Positions 48,406 to 60,700 of a stretch of 64,000 bases of DNA are shown here, piece after piece; within the stretch, counting starts at the first letter, position 1, and every line of letters begins with the position of its first letter. The translations under genes and the position numbers were made by a program. The notes beneath the pieces were generated by a model. The model was not told where the DNA came from. It was given only the letters and a program-made list of their open reading frames with translations, and ran no database searches. This DNA is from Puccinia triticina (lineage: Eukaryota), in contig CP110440.1 in assembly GCA_026914245.1 (NCBI GenBank), positions 1,736,001 through 1,800,000 of the forward strand, in the 5' to 3' direction.

Positions 48406-51265
48406 TTAAACTATGCTGTTTGCATGTGGAGAAATAAGTGCACATGCACTTCCCAAATAATATCTACCAGAATAGCTAAGTTTCTTCTCCAATATTCTAA
48501 CCCCTGTATCCCAAAAAGATTGGTCATCCCAAAGCATGATTGTAGGACTATACTTCAATTGATCTTTACACCAATAACTAATCAACAAGAGAGACAAGTC
48601 AACCATTCTGGAGTGTGATTTTGAATCACTAAAGTAATTAATGAACAGGAGTTGAACTTCAGTATAGTCTGAAGAAGAAGGTGGTTCTTTGACAATATCC
48701 CAATTATCAAGTGTGAATTCTCCAAATATTGGTAATCCTCTGTCAGTTTGTTTTGCAAGGAGATTAACTTTGATGAATGTGAAGAATGTTTTGTCTTGAG
48801 ACTCTGCTTCCATTATGATTTCCTTCAATGCATCACTCCTTTTCAAGGCAACATAGGATGCTTTCAAGTTGATAATCAAAGAGCGTAATTTGGCATAAAG
48901 ATGTCTGTTATCAGGAAAATCTCCTGTATTCATCAGAATTGGCCAGCTGAATCCCTTAACCAATTGCTTCTTTTCATTTCTCTTGAGGCATGCAAGCCCA
49001 ATTGGAATCTCTCCTGCCTGTTTCTTTATCATCTTTCGGTAGGCTGATTTTTCATCTAAAAGCTCTATAAATTTATCTAAAATATCTTGTTCCTGCTGGT
49101 CAAATTTTACTTCCTGTTTTATCCGGAAAGATTTGGGCTTCAATTGCTTGGGAAACCCACTCTTCAGCCAAATCTTGAAGTTACCCAGTTTTCTAACTGC
49201 CAGATCTTCATTCAAATTACCATCTTTGAGATTTTCATGAATTTTGACATTTTTTTGAATTCTTTTACGCACTATGATTTCTACTGCCTGTAGTTCATCC
49301 CTCCCCCAACACTCTTCAGCTGGCTTAATATCTTGGGTTGAAAATTTCCATAATAAATTTTGCTTATCAATAAGGACTTCTGTAGTACTTCAATTGGATT
49401 CATCATTTTTGATTTATGCATCACTTTTTGGGTCAAGTACTCCAACAAAATTAACTGAACAGGCCCAAAACCCTTATCCCAAATGTCTTCTAAATTTCCC
49501 AGGATAGGAAGATGATTTCCCGCAGGGTTGAAAGCTTCTTGAAAAATGAAATCAACAAGTTTTCCACGAGATATATATTCCTCTTGGAAATCCCTTTTAC
49601 CTGGTCCAAATTCTATGAAAATGGATGTGTTGATGAAAATAGCCCATCTAATCAATTGCTTGAACTTGCTGAATGTTTGTGAGGGAGTTCGGAATTCCTG
49701 ATTGTATAGTTGGCTTTTATCTTGATATTTTTGTCCATCCCTTGTAGGCCTGATTGCATACAATCTTTCCACACCTCTTTTAGTTATCTTGACTGGGTAT
49801 ATTTTTAATGAAGGAATTTCCATTTTCTTCTCCATTTGGCCTTCTCTGATGTATTTCAAAGATTTTTTCTTGGAATTTCTTGGTAAATCCTGCCAAAAAT
49901 TCATCACTGATATTAATTTTGGCAAGATTTCTGCAATTGAAAAGATTTTCAAGGCCTTCTTTTGAGACATTTGAATCCATGCTGGCCTTGAAGACACTCT
50001 CTCCAGAGAAAGTTTGATGGTGAGATGGCCTCAGATCCCCATTGTCAACATCATTGTGAGCTGTTTCCTTGGAATCAAATCTATTCATGTAATCAGATTC
50101 TTCACTTTGAAGGCCATGAGGAAAGCGCTGAGAGCTTTCCATTGGCATGATTAGTCCTGAAAAGAAATAGCAAATGAGTTTGTAAATATAAATAGGTGCA
50201 TCATTACAGAAAAGCATTATTTTGTGATTCCTACTCACTTTCATTTTGATCCAGATCTTGAGTTGTATTAGGGCACTGAACCTGAGGGCCAGTAGGATTC
50301 TGATTTTCAGGGCAATTTTTTAATGGCATAGAACATGTTTCATGCAAATTTGTGTCTTGTGTCAAGGGATATTGTAATAAAGATAGCCATTGCGGCTGAA
50401 TATCTCCAAATAGTAAATGTGGGTCTGATAGCCAATATGTGTCTGCATCATCCCCATTCATTTCTTGAAGGCTGGATGCTGATTTTGATAGGATAACAGC
50501 TGAAGGTTCTCTCCTAGGTAAGCTTTCAGGGTACATATAATCACCATAAGATAATGATGGCACAATAGGAATGTGTGATATGAGTGTTGGCGGGAATGGA
50601 TTGATAGAAAATTTGCCATTGAAGTGGTCACTTTCAGTATTTTGCGTCCCTGGTTCCAATTTGACAAGGGGTTTAGTAATACTTCAGACAACTCAGAGGA
50701 ATACATGCTTGGTAGGTGGATCTTTTACAACAACATTCTACCTTTCTCACCTTCATCATGAGTTGTTGGGGACATCAGAACATGATCACTGCCGCTACCA
50801 GTACCAGCACAGGCAAAATGTGGTTCATGACTTGGCTGTGCACTCTTCCAATCATGTATAGTCTTTTGCCTTTTTCCAACATTCCAAATCAAATGCGTTT
50901 GGGGATTCTCTACTTGAAAAAAGAGACAAAGGAGAAAAGCTGAGAATCATCCAGATACCTTCACCAAAACAAAGAAATATAGACCAGATTTTCTTACCGT
51001 AATAGCAATGTTTGGGATTGCAAAACTGTGGGTGATGAACGTCAAACGCTTGGAAAGTGCTTGGTTGAGTTTCCAACGGACGCTTCCCATTGATTTTATT
51101 TTCTTGGTTTGATACTTTGTGCCAAATGTTGCCTTGGCCTGCTAGAAGACTAGATGAGTACCCCCAATTTGTTTCTGAATCCGGAAATCTTGAATAAGCG
51201 GAAGTAGCTATGTAAGCCAAGTACACGAGCACATATTGTGCAAGAGGATAATAATTGAAGAGCAT
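48406..51265 (-). pseudogene. Paralog of the 11265-14077 secreted-protein gene with two frameshifts
   Basis: Same intron positions and collinear peptides (GFTKKFQEK, YNQEFRT, PDNRHLY, GLPIFG). The frame changes near 49825 and 49295. Confidence 0.8.
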
Positions 51266-52000
51266 CTTGACACAGTATCTTGAATTAAATGAATTTTTGA
51301 AGGTTCAGCAATTAGCCCAATTAAGAAAGAAAATGGCAAATCTTCCAGGCTTGCCCGTCCAGCGAGATCCCGGTCTGGGTTTCGACAAGTAGTGTGAAGT
51401 CGGTGAAATGCTTCCATAGGGCTGAGCTTCTTGACGTGACGCTGCAAAGGATGTACATTGTTGTTTGAGGGCCTGTAATATGATTGGATTTTGGGGTTTG
51501 TTTCCAAAACATATTTATACAAATGTACTGGAGTAGACAGATTTGAGTTCAGGAGTAGTGATGTCTTAGCTTTACACTTGTCGCATCACCTCCCTCCGGT
51601 CCGGGAGAGGGAATTAGGCAAGTTACGTCCAGCATGGATGTTTGGTGGATTTGAGCGCTAAAATGTTCAACATTTCTCAGATATAGACGAGAGGAAAAGT
51701 GCACAATAAAGAAAGAGGCCAAGTGTAATTCACTGATAGAGGTTGCTGAATTATGAAAAATGGCGTCTGCGCACCTAGCAGGCTAACTCCTTTCAGCAAG
51801 GCTCTACTTTCCCTTTTCCAGCTAGCGCCACTGTGTCCACCTGGCGCCTCGCCCAATATTGAGCGCTTAAAATTCACTTGGTCCGTTGAATGAGACCAGA
51901 ATGATGTGACTTCCAGTCAAATCACAAGCAGCCCGGCGAATGCACTCAAAAGTACAGCACCCAGAAGGGTTCGTGTCATTCTGCATCATTGGCGCAACAC

Positions 52001-52068
52001 CAAACTTAACTAAGTCCCTCCTGGGCGAGGCGGGCGCTTCGCGCCCAGGAGAGACTTAGATAAGTTCG
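52001..52068. mobile_element. 68-bp foldback with MULE-type TIRs
   Basis: CAAACTTAACTAAGTCCCTCCTGGGCG...CGCCCAGGAGAGACTTAGATAAGTTCG. Left flank GCGCAACAC; right flank GTGC, then cut by an LTR. Confidence 0.6.
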
Positions 52069-52072
52069 GTGC

Positions 52073-52270
52073 TGATAAATTTCAGAATACTGAGATGATA
52101 TTTCTTGTTAGGTAAAGGTCTATCTGACAATCTCAGAGACATAGAAGAATAAGAGAACAAGAAATATGTACCTGAGAGCGGAATCTGGTATAAAGAAAAC
52201 AAATAAGAACTTTGACTGCTATGCAGCTTTGGCCCCGAGTTCGTGGTGTGAACGATCCTGCCTGAGGACA
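52073..52270 (-). mobile_element. Probable 198-bp solo LTR without matching TSD
   Basis: TG...CA ends. AT-rich block starting exactly where pol homology of the adjacent element stops. Confidence 0.5.
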
Positions 52271-55253
52271 GCAGTCCGTCAGAACCTCTGGTGCGTCCCG
52301 CTCGCTGTCCACCGTTTCGTCTCCGAGTCCCAGAACATCCACCTCGAACCAATTTCCCGCGTCATCTAACTCCACCGATTTGTCCTCAAACCATGTGTTG
52401 AACGCCGCCACTTCCGCAAACGTCTTGGGTGTGATATTTTCCGGTTGTAGCAGCTGTCCAAAACTTAGCTTTTCCGCCTTTGACGGCGCCAAATCGGGTC
52501 GTCTGGACAGCGCATTGGGTTTTTCTGCCTGCCGCCCCGGACGGAATACAATGTCAAAATCAAAGCACCCTAATGTCTCCGCCCATCTTGCCTGGCGTCG
52601 AGTCAATTGTTTGGTGGTCATGAAACTTTTGAGGTTGCGGTGGTCTGTGTAGACAATAGCCTTCAGTCTGTTAGGGTTGCCTTCCAGGTAATGGCGCCAT
52701 TCTTTGAAAGACGCCACTATTGCCAGCAACTCCTTGTCAAACATTTCGTAATTCCGCTCCGCCTGTATCAAAGACCACGACAGGTAAGCGACCGGATAAA
52801 GGAGGTTGTCTTTGGTACAGACTTGCGACAGGACCGCGCCAAGGGCGAAGTCAGAGCAGTCGCACTCCAGTACAAACGGTTGGTACGGGTCGGCTATTTT
52901 CAAGATAGGGGCTGTGGTAAAAGCCATCTTTAGCGCATCAAACGCGGCTTGACAGCGCCCGTCCCATACAAATCTTGTGCCCAGCTTGGTTAGATCATGC
53001 AGTGGTCGTGTCATTCCTGAAAAGTGATCTATGAAACGTGGGTAAAAATTGGCGAAACCGATGAACCGTTGTAGTTCGGTCACATTCGCGGGCGCCGGCC
53101 ACTCAGTCACAGCCTTGACCTTTGTTGGGTCCATCCTCAACCTGTTGCAAGATATTAGTAGGCCTAGATATTCGACTTCTCCTCTTGAGAATTTGCATTT
53201 TTTGGGTTTTAGCCATAAATTGTGCTTGCTCAGTATTTCTAGTATACCACTAACCGCTGCTTCGTGGTTGGATCTCTTTTGGGTGTAGATCATAATGTCG
53301 TCTAGATAAGCCGCGGTGTCCTTGCTGATTCGACCTAAGAGTATATCTTGCATGAAATATTGGAAGAACCCTGGCGCGCCCGTTGGCCCAAATGGCATCG
53401 TCAGCGGTGCAAACTGGCCCGCACAACATATGAATGCGAGCTTGTCTTCATCCCCTTTGGCCACCCGAAGATTGCCGTATACATTCCTGAGATCTAAATT
53501 TGTGAATGTGTCCGCATCTAAGAGGCTATCGACTAGATCCATTGTAAGGGGGAGTGGATACTTGTTCTTGATTGTGACGGCGTTCAACTTCCTGTAATCA
53601 AAGCAGGGCCGCAGATTGCCGTCCTTCTTTCCGGTAAATAGCACCGGCACCGCCCAAGGAGATGTAGTACGCCTTATGGTGCCGTTATTTAGACCCTCCT
53701 TAACCAAGGTGTCTAGCGCCTCGTTCTCCGCGGATGACAGCGGGATGATGCGGCTAGCCTGAGGGGTTGCACCCGGGATCAGGTCCACTCGGAAGTCATA
53801 CTTGCAGCGGGGCAGGATTTGTTGCGATTCTGACTTGCGGAACATCCCCAGGTATTGGTGGTATTTTCTTGGGACCAGCTCCTCCGCCGTCCGTTGCGGA
53901 TCCGTCCTTTTTGTTTGGGCCGCTAGGTGTGCTGAGGTCGACCAAGACGTCTTCGCCGCGGCGATGCGGGGCTGGTTGGAAAGTTCTGAAAGGGAAGTCC
54001 GCTTGCCAGATATTCCTAACACTTGGGGAGGAGAGAAGTGCGCGGCGGACTCACATCGCGGGGGTGTTTTACCGCACGTAGTGCGCATCCCCTCGTCAAA
54101 TACCCTTGCTTGCCTCCCTACGGGCTCCACCCCGTCGCTGGAGGATTTTTTCGGGTAAGACGACACCGTCTCAACGGTTGCAATGCCGTCTCTCGGTTTG
54201 ACCACCACCGGTGTTGTCCCTACATCATGTTCTAAATAGTGTATCCGCTTGCCCGCGGTTCTCAACCAATTGGGTTCAGAATGGGAACTGGGGAACTCAC
54301 ATCGCGGGGGCGTTTTACCGCACGTAGTGCGCACCCCCCCCCGTCAAATACCCTTGCTTGCCTCCCTACGGGCTCCACCCCGTCGCTGGAGGTTTTTGTC
54401 GGTGTGGAGTTCTGGGGCGCACTCAGGATGAAAATGCACGGGCAAGATCTCAAGGCTCAACCGCGCGGCGGGCGCCCCATCCTCAAGACGTATCAGGATT
54501 TTCTTTTCTTCATGGTCTATCCTTCCCCCTTCCCTAAGTCTCCCTAACTCTCCGTCCTGTCTCTTTTCTTTTCCTTTCCTTCCTTCTTTCTTTCTTTCTC
54601 TCCTATTATTCCCCCTTCTCTTCCTCACCTGTGTTGGTTTTCTTTATTACTTTGGTTGTTTTCTTTTTCTTGTTGTCTTAGACATTTTGTCCTAGGTATC
54701 AGTGGAGTGGGTTGGTTTTTGTTTTGAGTTTTGTTTGGTTTTGTTCTTTTCTTTTTTCTCATCCTCTCATCCTAGTTGTACGGGCGCGGCGGGCACGAGG
54801 GCTCGTCGCGCGGCATGTTGCGGGCCTGAATCCAAGTCAGCCAAACTTGGAGGAAGGATCCGCATGGTATCCACCTCTGAACCACGAGGAATATCATCAC
54901 CTTTTTGAGTTCTTGAGCTTATTGATCCCGGACCGTGTAGATCCTTCCCCGCATACTTCTGAGTTTTGAGTACCCGAGACTTCCGAGTTTCTTTTATCTG
55001 ATCACCTCCCGATAATCCCGACGACCGCGCCGGCTTCCTTCTATCCTTATCTGAGCTTTTCTACCCAACCAAACCCGCCGAGGGTATTCCAACCCCCTCG
55101 TTTCCTCTCAATAAATCCCCCCCCCCCCCCCCAACAGCTATCACACCTTTCGACCCGTATCCGATACTTCTTGCAGGACCACCGACGAGGGCAGCACTCA
55201 GCACCATCCCCTCAACCGACTGCCACGGCTAAGACCCGACAGGAGTCCATATT

Positions 55254-55304
55254 TGGTCCCCCGAGCCGGGATCGAACCAGCGACCTCAAGATTTACAGTC
55301 TCGC
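55254..55304 (+). promoter_or_regulatory. Extended PBS: antisense copy of mature tRNA-Tyr(GTA) positions 76 to 26
   Basis: Reverse complement reads G-CGAGA-CTGTAAA-TCTTG-AGGTC-GCTGG-TTCGATC-CCGGC-TCGGGGG-A-CCA. Confidence 0.9.
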
Positions 55305-55603
55305 CTCAGGATTTCAAGACGGACTGGCGGTCTTAGGCTGGATATTTTTTTTTTTTTTTTTTTGGAGCTTTTCTTTGAGGGCGATTCGAGAATCATCTAA
55401 AGCCGGTCCAGTTTCCTCGTTTCAGGATCAAGACTGGAATAATTTTATTTCATTGTTGTTGTAGGACGTCAGCCGCGGGGCATAGGAGGGATAAAAGTAA
55501 GTCCCATCCATTGTGCACCTCCGGGCATCTCTACGCGCCGTTGAAAGCATTACCTGCCACTCTGTGAGCCTCCCCGTCATTCCGCCTTCCCTGTTAGGTC
55601 AGC

Positions 55604-57763
55604 GTGAAGATTTTCAGGAGCAAGATGGCCGAACCTGCCGCCGTGGAAGCCGTGAAGATCAAGCCGCCCCACGGAAAGAGCCTGAAGTTCGATGGGACGA
55701 ACGTTGAACGCTTTTTACACCAGTATCAAGTCGCCGCTCGTTTGGACAAGGCGTCCGGGCAAGATATGGCCGAGCAGCTGTTTTTCTTTGTGGACGACTC
55801 TCTTCTCGATGTTCTGGAGACCCTGGAAGGCTACGAGCCGCCGAACTGGCCTAAGCTGAAGGCATCGATGCTGTCGTACTGGGGAGAGATTGACTTGGCA
55901 AAATTTACGGCGCGAGACATCAAAGTTTTGACGGAGGGATGGGTCGCGCGCGGAGGAGTTTCCTCTGTTGAGGACTATCAGGCCTTTAGGAAGCATTGGG
56001 AGCCCATCCAAGCCTATCTTCTCGCCAAGGATCATATCGAGTCCGTGGAGGAGATTCGTAACGACTACTATCAGTCATTCTCGTTAGCCGTTCAGGATCG
56101 AATCCGAGATCAGCTTCTTAAAGACAACACGATGATCACGACAGCCAACAACCGCTTCAAGTTACCAAAATTTGAGGTTCTCAAGGCGGCAATCACCGAA
56201 GTAATGAGAAGGCAGACAGCACTGATTTTTGAGGATTCGAAGGCGTCGAAACCAGTGGCACCCGCGACTTTGGCCGAGGCGAATGGTATCATGCAGAGGA
56301 TGGGAGAGGAGAAGCGCCCAAAGGCGGTAGCGGCCCCACCAAAGCCCATCCCAACTATGGACGAGCTGTCAAAAATGTTTGAGGCGTTCGAACAGAAGCT
56401 CGACCAGAAGCTAGCCTCGGTACCCGCCAAACCATCACAGTCGCAGAATCCGAGGGGTCCGATGGTGTGCTTTTACTGTCACCGGGAGGGACACGGGACC
56501 GCGCGTTGTTTCGAGCTCCAGAAGGATAAGGACGACAACCTCGTAGAGCAGAAGGGCACGAATTTTTTCTTGCCGAACGGAGCGTTGATACCTTGGGACT
56601 CTACCAGGCCGATTCGTCACGTGGTAGCGTCGTTTCAACCTACTCGAGCTGCCGCAAGTCAGGCGACGACGGAGCCTGTTGCAGGATTTAAAGTTGGTTG
56701 TGGTTCTCTTCAACCTTGGTACCCGCCAGCAGTGGCGTCTCAGTCATTCTCAGGAGTTTATGAGGCCAACCCGGCGGGAAGGAAGCGGCATGAAGACTCG
56801 AAGCCTTATAAGGCCCCAGCCGTCCCTCTCAGTTCCGTGAAGCGCCCTATCCGCCGGGCACCAACCCCGCCTGTTCCCGAAGAAAGAAGTGCAATGGACG
56901 AGGAGGCGGAGCTTTTCGAGCGCAGTCCTGGAGGCGACCCAACGCACGAGCTGTCTCCCGATCGCCCCACGACTCCGCCGACGCCTACAAAGGCTGCTGG
57001 TCCGAAAGTGCGCTTTGAAAGAGAGGTCTCGCGCGAACACCCAAATGCGGTTGACGGCGTATTGCGAAAGATCGCCGCGTTGAAGGTGCCCGACATCACG
57101 GTATCGGAACTCATGGCGATCTCTCCCTCTATAGCCGAAGGCATGAAGAAATGGGTATCTAGACGGCGCGTGGAGGTTGGAACCAAAGAGCTGAAGGTGA
57201 ACTCCGGGACGTTGCCTGAGGTCTCTGACAGGGATCTGGGAACCGACCCAAACCTTTACTCCTGCCCCCTGGGATATTTGCCGTGTCTCATTGGGGACGA
57301 TGAGACTTCAGCGTCTCCCCTTATTGACTCGGGCTCTCAATTGAATCTGATCTCAGACGCCATGGCCAACAAGTTTAATCTGAGCCCTTGTGTTAACTTT
57401 GCATCGGCGGTCTACGGTATTAATAACCAGGCCTGTGAATTGATGGGTGTAGCTGAAGACGTGCAGGTCCGGATCGGCAAGTTGTTGGTGAAGACGTGTC
57501 ACTTTTGGATCACAAAGATGGACGGGCCGCTGATCTTAGGTCGGCCTTTCTTAATGGATATTGCTGCTACATTGGCGTTCTCACCCCAATCGGGCGAGAA
57601 GCTTATCATACCGGACGCTACTGGAAGAAACATCGAGGTTTCTTTGTGTTTGACTGGGTCAGGTCGATGGGAGCGTGATTTCCCAGGTCAGGGTCGTAAG
57701 GCGGTGCTCACTCATGTGGCGCGGCTCCCCGACAATTTTTCGGAGGATCGTCCTTTTTTATGA
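55604..57763 (+). CDS. gag: Gag plus aspartic protease (likely ATG at 55625)
   Basis: CFYCHREGHGTARC knuckle, LIDSGSQ, LILGRPFL. Ends at T TTT TTA TGA. Confidence 0.9.
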   Translation: MKIFRSKMAEPAAVEAVKIKPPHGKSLKFDGTNVERFLHQYQVAARLDKASGQDMAEQLFFFVDDSLLDVLETLEGYEPPNWPKLKASMLSYWGEIDLAKFTARDIKVLTEGWVARGGVSSVEDYQAFRKHWEPIQAYLLAKDHIESVEEIRNDYYQSFSLAVQDRIRDQLLKDNTMITTANNRFKLPKFEVLKAAITEVMRRQTALIFEDSKASKPVAPATLAEANGIMQRMGEEKRPKAVAAPPKPIPTMDELSKMFEAFEQKLDQKLASVPAKPSQSQNPRGPMVCFYCHREGHGTARCFELQKDKDDNLVEQKGTNFFLPNGALIPWDSTRPIRHVVASFQPTRAAASQATTEPVAGFKVGCGSLQPWYPPAVASQSFSGVYEANPAGRKRHEDSKPYKAPAVPLSSVKRPIRRAPTPPVPEERSAMDEEAELFERSPGGDPTHELSPDRPTTPPTPTKAAGPKVRFEREVSREHPNAVDGVLRKIAALKVPDITVSELMAISPSIAEGMKKWVSRRRVEVGTKELKVNSGTLPEVSDRDLGTDPNLYSCPLGYLPCLIGDDETSASPLIDSGSQLNLISDAMANKFNLSPCVNFASAVYGINNQACELMGVAEDVQVRIGKLLVKTCHFWITKMDGPLILGRPFLMDIAATLAFSPQSGEKLIIPDATGRNIEVSLCLTGSGRWERDFPGQGRKAVLTHVARLPDNFSEDRPFL

Positions 57764-60700
57764 ACACAGTTGGTTCGGTACTCGGCAGTTTTAATCTAGA
57801 TGCTCGAACTCTCGCCGTCGAATCGACTCATCTCTCAGAGTATCATTGGCCCGGTTTTCTTTTCACTTCTTCTTTCAGTCACCAAATCATCAAACCCGAA
57901 AAACATTCACAGATAATCAAAAAAAGCAAAAAGAAGATTGGTTCTCAGTTTCATCCCAGTTTCAAGTCTCAATTGTACATTAGAAGAGGTGCGGGAGAGG
58001 AGAAAAAGGGTATTTCGTGGGGCATTAGCGGGACAGAAGTAAGTCCCATTCATTGTGCACCTCCGGGCATCTCTACGCGCGTCGAAAACATTACATGCCA
58101 CGCTGTGAGCCACCCCTGTTCGCCCTCCTTCTTTTCCAGTACCGTCAACCCTTCAAATCCAGATCATAGTCTCCGAGAAGAGAATAAACTATCCTCGATT
58201 TGTCACAAGGAGGCCTCAGCCCCATCACGGGAACCCTCCTCAAGTCCTCAATTCTCGTTTCAGGAGAAGTCTCAAGATTCAAAATGTGATTGTCTCCGCG
58301 AAGAGAATAAACTACTTCTCCTCCGCGAAGAGGCTAAACTAATTACGTCTTATGACGGCCTCCGTGACGAGGGTAAACTATTTTCCTCGGAAACAGAGGC
58401 CCAAGCACGTAAACAGGATTCGGAGATACCACGGAGGATTGGGAGTAGCAAAGTAAGTTCCTCCCAATATGCACCTCCGAGGCATGATGCTTCTCCGTCG
58501 TCGAAAACCCTGCCCCGTGCCACTCTGGTGAGCCACAACCCAGATTTTGGTGCTTTTCCTTCAGGATCTGGCGCGACAGGAAGCGCGGCGTGCGGAGCGG
58601 AGCTCCGCAACGAGCTTAAACTATGCTCTCTTGGAATGGAGTGTGAAGGAGGATTTGTAATGTTCGGGCCGTCGTGGAGGGCATATGGCGTGAAAGTAAG
58701 TTCCCACCAATATGCACCTCCGAGGCGTGATGCTCCCCCGTCGTCGAAAACCCTGCCGCGTGCCACATACGTGAGCAAAGACTTCCTGGACGGACTCTCC
58801 TTTTCAGATAAGGCGGCATTCGGAAGCTGGGCGGAGCATCGGACGCGTCTTCTTATGGATTCTGGGCTCCGGTACAACGCGCAGGTGGATTTGGCGCGAT
58901 CATGGAAGGAGGGCGTCTACTTGGCGTTGGCGGCCAAGTACAAACCGGTCGCCAAGAAGGTCAAACCGGTGAATCAGCCGATGCCACAGGAATTGAACCC
59001 ACCGCTTCGCCGCCCGCCTCTTTCACGTGACCCGTATAAAGGCTTATCTCACTCTCTAGCCGGACCGTTTGTACCCAAGGGTCGAGTAACTGAGGAGCGC
59101 CTTTCGGTGGTTAACTTTGGCCCGGAGGGCTGGCTCTACCCGGACGAATTGTCTTTGATTAAGAACGTCCTGGCGGAGCGCAACCTCGCCATTGCCTTCA
59201 CCGAGGATGAGCGTGGACTGCTGAAGGAGACCTACGGACTTCCCTACATCATACCCGTCGTTGAACACGAACCGTGGCAGAAGAGAAAGATTCCGATTCC
59301 AGCCGCCAAGGCTGAAGAGTATATCCGCATCATCCGGGAAAGAGTTCGAAATGGCTTGTACGAGCAGTCAACGTCGAGCTATTCAAGCCCGGTCTTCTGC
59401 GTACTCAAGGGAAACGGTAAACTTCGGGTGGTACACGATCTCCAACCGTTGAATAAAGTTACGATCCGGGACGCAGGGGTCCCGCCCGCTACAGAGGAAT
59501 TTGTTGAGTCTTTCTCAGGCCAAGCGTGTTATGGTCTTGGTGATATTATGGGCGGCTACAACGAGCGAGCGTTACATCCCATTTCCCGGCCCTTGACTAC
59601 TTTCAACACGCCTCTAGGTCGGTTCCAGTTGACCCGGCTCCCTCAAGGAGCCACAAATTCCGTGGCAGTCTACCAGGCGCAAATGGTCTTGATATTGCAG
59701 GATGAGATCCCTGAGCACGCCGGCATCTTCATCAATGATGGGGGTATCAAAGGCCCAAAATCCGACTACGGCAACAAGACGTTATCTTGGAATTGCAGAA
59801 TCCGACGTTTCATTTGGGAATACGCTGAAGTTCTGGAGCGCATCCTGTTCCAGATTGAGGAGTCGGGCTTGACGGTTTCGGCTTCGAAGCTTGCTGCCTG
59901 CGTACCCGCTCTAGAGATTGTAGGCCATGTGGTCTGTAAGGCAGGCCGCAAGATGGCCGCTAGTAAAGTCAACAAGATCACATCCTGGCCAACTCCCGTC
60001 AACGCTACCGAAGTTCGGGGTTTCCTCGGGGTCGTCGTCTATGTCTGGATTTTTATTCCCTCATTATCTCAGATTTGCCTGCCCTTAAGGCGTTTGACAC
60101 GCAAGGACTCGGAATGGAATTGGACCGAAGACTGCGAGCAAGCTTTTCAGGAGCTCAAGGAGCTGGTGGGCAAAGATATTGTGCTCGTCAAAATTGATTA
60201 TGGGCCCAATGCCGGAAAGCTTAAGCTCGCTGTTGACTCCAGCTTTCACGCTGCTGGCGCCGTTCTCACTCAGGCTGATGACAATGGCCTCGATCGCCCG
60301 GCCCTCTACAAATCCCTCCTTTTCTCCGAGGTAGAATCGCGCTATTCCAAGTCTAAGTTGGAACTATGTGGTGTAGCCAGAATCCTGAAGAAGCTCCAGA
60401 CGGTTCTGTGGGGCCAGTACTTCGAACTGCAGGTAGACGCCCAGTCATTGATTCAGATGATCAACGCCCCTAGTCTACCGAACGCGCCAATGACGCGCTG
60501 GGTAGCGTTCATTCAGTTGTTTTCTTTCGAGATAGTACACCGTCCTGGCAAGTCTTTCACCATGCCCAATGGCCTTTCCCGCCGCCCGCAGGGAGACGAC
60601 GAATCAGATCCCCCATCCGATTTTGACGAAGAATCTCCTTTGATCCGTCCGGTGTATTCATTCGCGGCGGAGGCAGGAGAATACTCGGGCTACCAAGAAG

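Noticed and set aside
55254..55304. tRNA-Tyr gene
   Set aside because: Lacks the 5' acceptor strand and D arm, includes CCA, and sits at the PBS position.
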